A stretch of DNA of 64,000 nt, taken from NCBI GenBank assembly GCA_003574885.1, contig PJFC01000007.1, forward strand, positions 71,272 to 135,271. The letters run 5' to 3'. The stretch comes from Geobacter sp. GTDB taxonomy: Bacteria; Desulfobacterota; Desulfuromonadia; Geobacterales; Geobacteraceae. Of the stretch, positions 57,847 through 64,000 are shown piece after piece. Position 1 is the stretch's first letter. The number at the start of each line of letters is the position of its first letter. Below the pieces are notes generated by a model that had not been told where the DNA came from, made no database searches, and saw only the letters and a program-made list of their open reading frames with translations. Both the position numbers and the translations under genes were made by a program.

Positions 57847-58014
57847 TGTGCGGGAGCGGCGACTCCGGACCATGCCAAGGCCCGCGGGGCTGTCCCTGGC
57901 AAAGATAGAGCCCGTTAAGCGTACTCGCCTCGCCTATAAACATCTGCATGAGTGTCATCAGCCGTTTGCACTTTGATGACGCTCCCAAATTCCTAAGACG
58001 AAAAAGGAGACGTT

Positions 58015-58533
58015 ATGCGCATCTTTCTACTGCTCGCTGGGCTCTGTCTGGTTGCAATTCCGGCAGCGTTGGCAGCGCCACCGGCCGACGTGGTACAATA
58101 CTCCGCGTGCCGCCACTGCGGCATGAACCGGGGAACGTTCAGCCACAGCCGCATGCTCATCGAGTATGAGGACGGCTCGCGGGTCGCTACCTGCAGCCTG
58201 CATTGTACTTCGGTTGAACTGGCCAACACCATTGACAAGATGCCGGTCATGGTAAGCGTTGCCGACTACGACAGCAAAGAGCTCATCGATGTTGAAAAGG
58301 CCGTCTGGGTGATGGGGGGGAGCAAGAAAGGGGTAATGACCGGCCAGGCCAAGTGGGCCTTTGCCTCCCGGGAGGGGGCTGAGCGGTTCATCACGGCAAA
58401 CGGCGGCATAATTGCCAGTTTCGATGAAGCGATCAAAGCGGCCTATGACGACATGTACCAGGATACGAAGATGATCCGCGAATTCCGGAAAATGAAGCGG
58501 CTCAAGCAGCAGGGAGGCGCGGCACATCACTGA
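58015..58533 (+). CDS. nosL: NosL-family periplasmic (copper-chaperone-like) protein
   Basis: 172 aa with a signal peptide. CRHCGM...ATCSLHC and KWAFASREGAERFITANGG follow the NosL pattern. Confidence 0.75.
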   Translation: MRIFLLLAGLCLVAIPAALAAPPADVVQYSACRHCGMNRGTFSHSRMLIEYEDGSRVATCSLHCTSVELANTIDKMPVMVSVADYDSKELIDVEKAVWVMGGSKKGVMTGQAKWAFASREGAERFITANGGIIASFDEAIKAAYDDMYQDTKMIREFRKMKRLKQQGGAAHH

Positions 58534-58574
58534 TCCGGAAGCAAAATAGCTGTATTCAAGAAAAGGAATGAGTT

Positions 58575-59015
58575 ATGGCCAGGCATCTGTTAGGGATTCT
58601 GATTCTGTTTTTCAGTCTGGGAGTTGCGGTTCCCCCGTTGGTTCGTGCCGCTCCCCCCACTGCGAAGGGCGTGTACCAGCCGCTCCCGAAGCCGGGAACA
58701 AGGGTGCCGATCGACACCGATTACTACTTTACCTACGGTTTCGGCAAGCAACCGAAGATCGGCACGTCCATTATGCGGGTGGAAATTTTCACCCGTGACG
58801 GGAATCGGGACACGTCGTTCACCGTCAAGGGGGACGCGGACATGCCCTCAATGAGGGGAGCCCACGCTGCCGGGGACAAGAATTTCGCTCTCTCCGCCAA
58901 GGGAGTGTACCTTCTCCCTGTTCGTCTCGTTATGCCGGGTGACTGGGAGATCAGATTTACGTTCGTAAAGAAGGGGAAAACGGTCTTACGCGGCGCCTAT
59001 CTTTTCGATTTGTAG
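58575..59015 (+). CDS. YtkA/FixH-like Ig-fold periplasmic protein
   Basis: 146 aa with a signal peptide. The pattern is V.I..RDG...GDADMPSM...G.Y....L.MPGDWEIRF. Confidence 0.55.
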   Translation: MARHLLGILILFFSLGVAVPPLVRAAPPTAKGVYQPLPKPGTRVPIDTDYYFTYGFGKQPKIGTSIMRVEIFTRDGNRDTSFTVKGDADMPSMRGAHAAGDKNFALSAKGVYLLPVRLVMPGDWEIRFTFVKKGKTVLRGAYLFDL

Positions 59016-59068
59016 CGATGCTTTCTTAGTAGCCCTTCAAGGGGCGGGGCTCAGGAGACGGTGACACT

Positions 59069-60814
59069 ATGAAGAACCTGATGAGCAATGGATACGCGCA
59101 ACTCCTTCCATTCGCGGTAGTCTGCACGATGACCCTCTCATTTTTGCTCGGCGCGGCAAGCTCAGGTGCTGCAGCGCCGCTATTTCCTGCAGCTTCGCCG
59201 GAGACGCTTCGCCTGGGAGAGCAGGTCTACCGTGAAGGAGTGCTTCCGTCGGGAAAGCCGCTACTGGCCGCCATTAAAGGAGGAGTTTCAGCTCCCGGGA
59301 CAACTTTTGCCTGTATAAGTTGCCATCTGCGCAGCGGGCTTGGCTCTGTGGATGAGGGGATCTATACGCCGGCCATAAATGGGGAGAAACTTTTCAAACC
59401 CCTTCCGAGACTCTACAAGGGTATCGAGCAAAACGCCAAATCTTCGCCCCCGCTTCGCCCTGCTTATACAGAAGAGTCACTTATAGAAGTGCTTCGAAGC
59501 GGTCGCGATGCCGGCGGTCGTTTGCTGAGTGAGGCAATGCCCCGTTACCTTATTGAGGACAGGGATGCGAGGATTCTTGTTGCCTACCTCAGATCGCTTT
59601 CCTCACAATCGTCGCCCGGGGCCGATGCGACGCTTCGTTTTGCAACTGTGATGTCCGAGGATATAAAACCAGCAGAAAGTGAAGCGATGCTCGCCTCTTT
59701 TGATCACTACTTCAAAATGAAGAAAACTCAGGTAAGGACTTTTTCTAATCCGCGGGGGCTTGGGGCCAAATCGCGCTTGATGGCGGAAAACATGCTCGGC
59801 TCAAGAGACCTGGCAGTCAGGGAGATGTCGCTGTCACACTGGACGCTGAAAGGTCCACCGGAGACATGGCGCAGCCAGCTGGAGGAGTACAACCGAAAGG
59901 AGCCGGTATTCGCGCTGCTGGGAGGGATTGTCAGTGGCCCCTGGAAACCCGTTCACCAATTCAGTGAGGAGAACGGGATTCCTTGCCTGTTCCCCAATAC
60001 TGACTTTCCCGTGATTTCCGACACCGACTTGTACACGCTGTATTTGTCGAAGGGGTATTACCAGGAGGGAGAAGCGGCCGCACGTTATCTCAACAGTAGG
60101 ACGGATATCTTGGAGGGCAGACGCGTTGTCCAGATTGTGCGCGCTTCCCGTGAGGCGGAAGCCCTCTCGGCTGGATTTCTGCAAACATGGCAAGAACTGG
60201 GGCAGCAGGCTCCGTTGACTGTGCCGTTGCCATCCGGGAACGCATTAGACAGTGATTTTCTGAAGCAGGTACTCGCTAAGGAAAAACCGGCTGCCCTGGT
60301 CATCTGGGATGATGCCACGGCCTTGCCGGCATTGGATTTGTTGAGTCGCTTCGAAGGCCGGCCGACGATGGTTTTTCTCTCAACGCGCTACCTCGGGGAG
60401 AGTATCTGGACCTTGCAGGAGACAATCCGTGATTTTACTTTCCTAACCTATCCCTACACCTTTTCCCCTTTTGCCCCCCGGTCAACCATGGGAAAACAGA
60501 AAGTCCAGGACGATCTGCAACAGACTTTGCAACAGGTGGACGTTCCTCTCAAAAACGAGGTGGAGAAAATTGCGAGCCTGACCAACTCATTGACACAGAT
60601 ATTGACCATTATGTTGATGGATCTGAAGGGCAATTACTATCGCGACAACCTTCTGGATGTTGCCGGGATGATGCCGGACCAACAGTATCCCCTCTATGGC
60701 CGGATCAGCCTTGGCACCGGTCAGCGCTACGCTTCCAAAGGGTGCTTTATCGTACAGCTTTCCCACGGTGACAACCCCGAACTTGTCAAGAAAAGTAGTT
60801 GGGTAATTCACTGA
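59069..60814 (+). CDS. monohaem cytochrome c domain fused to a type-1 periplasmic binding protein (LivK-like) domain
   Basis: 581 aa with a signal peptide. CISCH haem site with MPRY...LVAYLRSL (class I cytochrome c), followed by about 400 aa with a PBP-like alternation. The PBP call is from pattern only. Confidence 0.65.
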   Translation: MKNLMSNGYAQLLPFAVVCTMTLSFLLGAASSGAAAPLFPAASPETLRLGEQVYREGVLPSGKPLLAAIKGGVSAPGTTFACISCHLRSGLGSVDEGIYTPAINGEKLFKPLPRLYKGIEQNAKSSPPLRPAYTEESLIEVLRSGRDAGGRLLSEAMPRYLIEDRDARILVAYLRSLSSQSSPGADATLRFATVMSEDIKPAESEAMLASFDHYFKMKKTQVRTFSNPRGLGAKSRLMAENMLGSRDLAVREMSLSHWTLKGPPETWRSQLEEYNRKEPVFALLGGIVSGPWKPVHQFSEENGIPCLFPNTDFPVISDTDLYTLYLSKGYYQEGEAAARYLNSRTDILEGRRVVQIVRASREAEALSAGFLQTWQELGQQAPLTVPLPSGNALDSDFLKQVLAKEKPAALVIWDDATALPALDLLSRFEGRPTMVFLSTRYLGESIWTLQETIRDFTFLTYPYTFSPFAPRSTMGKQKVQDDLQQTLQQVDVPLKNEVEKIASLTNSLTQILTIMLMDLKGNYYRDNLLDVAGMMPDQQYPLYGRISLGTGQRYASKGCFIVQLSHGDNPELVKKSSWVIH

Positions 60815-60860
60815 TAACGCATTTTTACCGCTTACCGTGAAAGAACTGGAGGAACTACCC

Positions 60861-61172
60861 ATGTGCAAAATGGCATTTATCGCAGCAATGTTTTGTATCG
60901 CGCCAATTGTTGCCTTTGCCGATGGCAGGACTGATTACAACGCTCATTGTGCAGGCTGCCACGGTGCGCATGGCAATGTACAGACGGAAAAAGCCAAGGC
61001 ACTCCACATGGACGTCAGAAAGCTCGCCCTGAATGTCAGCAAAAAGAACAAGAGCGAAGTGATTGCAGTAATACGGAGTGGCAAAGGGAAAATGCCGGGC
61101 TACGCAGGCGAGCTTACCGGGGAACAGATTTCATTGATTGCTGATTATGTGATAGCTCTTCGGAAAAAGTGA
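60861..61172 (+). CDS. class I monohaem cytochrome c
   Basis: 103 aa from the ATG at 60861 (GGAGG RBS). Signal peptide, CAGCH, GKMPGY and IADYVIAL. Confidence 0.85.
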   Translation: MCKMAFIAAMFCIAPIVAFADGRTDYNAHCAGCHGAHGNVQTEKAKALHMDVRKLALNVSKKNKSEVIAVIRSGKGKMPGYAGELTGEQISLIADYVIALRKK

Positions 61173-61271
61173 ACTGCTTGCGCGGTACCGGAGCGCCTTA
61201 AGAGTGAACTTTTGGACAAAAGCCCGTAGCGACGAGAGCCGGCAATCTGGTAAGCGAGACATGGGAGTAAT

Positions 61272-61913
61272 ATGCGTATTTTTTTTGTTGTGATGATGTG
61301 CCTGGCTCTGCAGTTAAGCTGCATTTCGGTACGTCCGGCGCTGACCGCTGTGGGTTGCGATCTGAACAACCCCGACCGTGACGTGCCACGTCTCTTCCCG
61401 GAATCAACCAGCTACAAGACAATCTACGTCTCCATCGCACAACGAGGTGGCCCCCCCCTCCAGAGAAGAATAGAAAACCGCCTCGGGGGGCGCATGTATC
61501 TCGCCCTCTATGCCCCGCTTGACGTCCCCTACACCCTCTACGAGATCTACCGCGACAAGAAAAAGGTCGGCTACATCCATGGCGTGAACCAGAAAGGGCA
61601 GTTCGGCGGCATCCAGGTCTTTGTCGCCCAGGATCTTACCGGCAGGATCAAGACGTTCTACATCCAGAAAATAACCGGCAAGTCGGCCGGCAAATTTCGC
61701 GATGCAGCGTTTGCCAGGAAGTTCGTCGGCCTGTCGCTCAAGGATTTCGAATCCTATGATCCGGCCAGCGGCAAAGGGACCGGGAAGATTGCCGAGATTG
61801 CCAACCCCGCGCCCGATATGGTTACCGATTTCTACGGCGTGCTGCGCGGCCTCAAGAAAAACCTCGTCCTCATGGATGAATTCGTCTTTTCGGTGGAGCG
61901 CGGGAAACCATGA
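61272..61913 (+). CDS. exported protein with FMN_bind-like domain (tentative)
   Basis: 213 aa. KGQFGGIQVFVAQDLTGRIKTFYIQK resembles the GyGG...v.id..G.I core of FMN_bind. I did not see the usual S/T-G-A-T flavinylation motif. 4-nt overlap with the permease gene. Confidence 0.4.
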   Translation: MRIFFVVMMCLALQLSCISVRPALTAVGCDLNNPDRDVPRLFPESTSYKTIYVSIAQRGGPPLQRRIENRLGGRMYLALYAPLDVPYTLYEIYRDKKKVGYIHGVNQKGQFGGIQVFVAQDLTGRIKTFYIQKITGKSAGKFRDAAFARKFVGLSLKDFESYDPASGKGTGKIAEIANPAPDMVTDFYGVLRGLKKNLVLMDEFVFSVERGKP

Positions 61914-63094
61914 TCACTCCCTTTCAGGTGGCCTACAAAAACCTGCTGCGCAAGAAAGTGCGCACCCTGCTCACTCTCGTAGGGATCACGCTCTCAACAT
62001 GGGTGCTGGTAAGCCTCTTCGGCTTCAACCGCGGCTACGAGAAGGCCCTGAATCGCGACATCGAAAACATGGGGTATCAGCTCATGGTTATGGCGAAGGG
62101 ATGTCCCTACGAGGCGGCCACCATGATGCTCCAGGGGGGGACAGGCCTCCGCTACATGGATCAGTCGATGGTAAACGACATTATTAAGGAAGCTGAAGTG
62201 GACAAGATCACCCCGATCCTGATGCAGGCTTTCTTCGATCCCAACAAGGGGGAAAGCGGAGGGATTGCGGGGTATTTCGGCGTTGACCCTGCTACCTACC
62301 CCGCCATGAAGCCGTTCTTCCGTTTCCGCAGTGGCGGCTGGTTCCACGACAATTCCGCCCCCGAGGTAGTGATGGGGTACGAGGCAGCCGAACTGGAGCA
62401 GCGCGAGGTAGGGGACATGACGCTCGTGCCGGAAAAGAACGTCCAGCTCAAGGTTGTGGGTATCCTGGAGCGAACCGGCACCCAGGACGACGGTACGATC
62501 TTCGTCCCGCTGAAGACATTGCAGCGGATCGCGGGAATCGACAAGATAACCACCATCGGCATCAAGGTCAAAAAAGATGCCGACATTACAAAACTGGAAA
62601 ACAAGCTCTACCAGCTCAAAGATGTGCAGGTAGTCAGCTTCAGCCAGGTCAAACAGACGATCATGAAGCTCATCTCCACCGCCCGGGTAATGGTGCTCTC
62701 CATCGCCATAGTCGCCATCCTGATCGCCATGGCCGGCGTGGTCAATACCGTCCTCATGTCCGTCCTGGAACGGTTGCAGGAGATCGGCATCCTCAAGACC
62801 ATGGGGGCAATGCCTGGCGACATCTTCCGCCTGGTCTGGACGGAGACTCTCATCCTCTGCAGTATCGGCGGTATCGCCGGGATAGGCTTCGCCTTCCTCT
62901 TTGCCCGAGCCACCGACCTCCTGATGCGCAGGATACTTCCCTATGCCCCCAGTGGCGGACTCGTAGCCATCGACGGGAAGCTTGCCCTTCTGACGCTGGG
63001 AAGCATCATTACCACAGGCCTCTTGAGCGGCCTCTACCCGGCATGGAAGGCTGGGCGGGTGCGACCTCTTGAATCGATCAGGAGGGATGGATGA
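61910..63094 (+). CDS. FtsX/MacB-type ABC transporter permease
   Basis: 394 aa. AYKNLLRKKVRTLLTLVGI start, a large periplasmic loop, then 3 C-terminal TM helices. Confidence 0.9.
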   Translation: MITPFQVAYKNLLRKKVRTLLTLVGITLSTWVLVSLFGFNRGYEKALNRDIENMGYQLMVMAKGCPYEAATMMLQGGTGLRYMDQSMVNDIIKEAEVDKITPILMQAFFDPNKGESGGIAGYFGVDPATYPAMKPFFRFRSGGWFHDNSAPEVVMGYEAAELEQREVGDMTLVPEKNVQLKVVGILERTGTQDDGTIFVPLKTLQRIAGIDKITTIGIKVKKDADITKLENKLYQLKDVQVVSFSQVKQTIMKLISTARVMVLSIAIVAILIAMAGVVNTVLMSVLERLQEIGILKTMGAMPGDIFRLVWTETLILCSIGGIAGIGFAFLFARATDLLMRRILPYAPSGGLVAIDGKLALLTLGSIITTGLLSGLYPAWKAGRVRPLESIRRDG

Positions 63095-63786
63095 CGATCG
63101 AGTCGAATGTACTGCTGGAGGCTCGGGGTTTGACCCGCGTGTACCACAGGGGGAGTGAGAAAATCCAGGCAGTCGATGGCGTATCACTCACCATTCGCCG
63201 CGGGGAGTTCGTCTCCTTCATGGGGCCGTCCGGCTCCGGCAAGACAACCCTGGTGAATCTGCTTGGCTGCCTTGACAACCCCTCCGCGGGGGAGTTGGAC
63301 ATCGCCGGCAGAAACATTTTCGGCGGCGGGAAGATCCTCGGTGAGCGGGACCTCACCCGGGTAAGGCGGGAGCTCTTCGGCTACATCTTCCAGAATTTCT
63401 ATCTTATTCCTACACTCACCGTCCGTGAAAACGTAGCGCTGCCACTTGCTTTCTACCGGAAGCCTGGCGTCGAGACGGAGGTGGAACGGCTCCTGGCGAT
63501 GCTCGGAATGGAGCACCGGATGGAGCACCTGCCGGAGCAGATTTCGGGCGGGGAAATGCAGCGGGTTGCCATTGCGCGGGCGCTGGTGAACCGTCCGGAA
63601 ATACTCCTCGCCGATGAACCGACGGGAAACCTCGACTCGAAGAGATCGGGGGAAATAGGGGAAATTCTGAAGGACCTCAACCGGAACGCGGGTCTGACCA
63701 TCGTCATGGTGTCACATAACCCTGAACTGGCGCGGCTCGGGGGAAGGCTTGTCGAGATGCGTGACGGCCAGGCGTACGAAACCTGA
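63091..63786 (+). CDS. ABC transporter ATP-binding protein (MacB/LolD type)
   Basis: GPSGSGKTT Walker A, ISGGEMQRVAIARAL signature, and ILLADEPTGNLD Walker B. Confidence 0.95.
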   Translation: MTIESNVLLEARGLTRVYHRGSEKIQAVDGVSLTIRRGEFVSFMGPSGSGKTTLVNLLGCLDNPSAGELDIAGRNIFGGGKILGERDLTRVRRELFGYIFQNFYLIPTLTVRENVALPLAFYRKPGVETEVERLLAMLGMEHRMEHLPEQISGGEMQRVAIARALVNRPEILLADEPTGNLDSKRSGEIGEILKDLNRNAGLTIVMVSHNPELARLGGRLVEMRDGQAYET

Positions 63787-63850
63787 AGGATCCGGGCCTC
63801 CGGTTGCCTTCTGTAATCGGAGGTTACACAAAAGACACACGTACAGAAAA

Positions 63851-63885
63851 GGGGTTACGGCATGAACCGTAACCCCTCTGTTTTG
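63851..63885 (+). terminator. intrinsic terminator after the ABC genes
   Basis: ggggttacgg / ccgtaacccc 10-bp stem followed by TCTGTTTTGTG. Confidence 0.7.
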
Positions 63886-64000
63886 TGACTCACCCGGCTA
63901 GAACTTCGGAGTATTTTTTCTGATTGCCAGCGCCGGGACTCGTGAAAGTGACGTTAACTAAACAAGACTCTTCATCATCTCTCTATCTTCTCCGGAAGCC

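Noticed and set aside
57731-57988. 85-aa minus-strand ORF in the activator-nosL spacer
   Set aside because: It overlaps the 3' end of the activator gene, and has no RBS and no recognisable features.

Overview
This 64-kb chromosomal segment looks like a Geobacter/Desulfuromonadales-type genome. Core genes run at about 60-68% GC by hand-counted spot lines, and the window holds multihaem and monohaem c-type cytochromes and sigma54-type elements. I support about 58 protein genes and one tRNA-Phe. I saw no rRNA, CRISPR array, transposase, integrase or phage genes. No similarity search was possible, so every family call rests on motifs I could read in the translations, and boundaries of non-coding features are approximate.

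Gene order, left to right:
- pckG (partial), rubredoxin, and a class V aminotransferase.
- A 7-haem, 3-TM NapC/NirT-type cytochrome (ImcH-like).
- A CheY/GAF-kinase pair followed by a glycogen block: NTP-transferase/PMM fusion, GH57, GalT-like, glgA.
- tatA and uvrB.
- Genes for a small Cys protein, a YkoF-like protein, an MFS transporter and a small siroheme-type reductase, then uvrC.
- trxA plus a TlpA-like gene.
- A tetrapyrrole operon: sirC, ccsA-like, hemA, hemC, cobA-hemD, hemB.
- Scattered housekeeping genes.
- A lower-GC islet (about 42-50%) with lipoproteins, an M48-TPR protease and a PAS kinase.
- SMUG-type UDG, EfpL and tRNA-Phe.

Two accessory-looking blocks seem most worth follow-up:
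- Block (i), 43.4-57.8 kb, is a co-directional envelope-lipid cluster. It contains an amidohydrolase, an LplT-PlsC-Aas triple fusion, an orphan 961-aa exported protein, a CX5R phosphatase, a YiiX-like amidase, a GT28 glycolipid synthase, a membrane protein and a degenerate-REC/PilZ protein. It starts at a good sigma54 promoter match and sits next to a divergent receiver-less sigma54 activator.
- Block (ii), 58.0-63.8 kb, is a NosL / YtkA-like / cytochrome c-PBP fusion / cytochrome c / FMN_bind-like / MacB-type ABC cluster with no nosZ.

Other non-coding observations: an orphan promoter-to-terminator unit (candidate sRNA) at 44.2-44.4 kb, a MITE-like 96-bp element with a 5-bp flanking duplication inside the hem operon, and several long inverted repeats.
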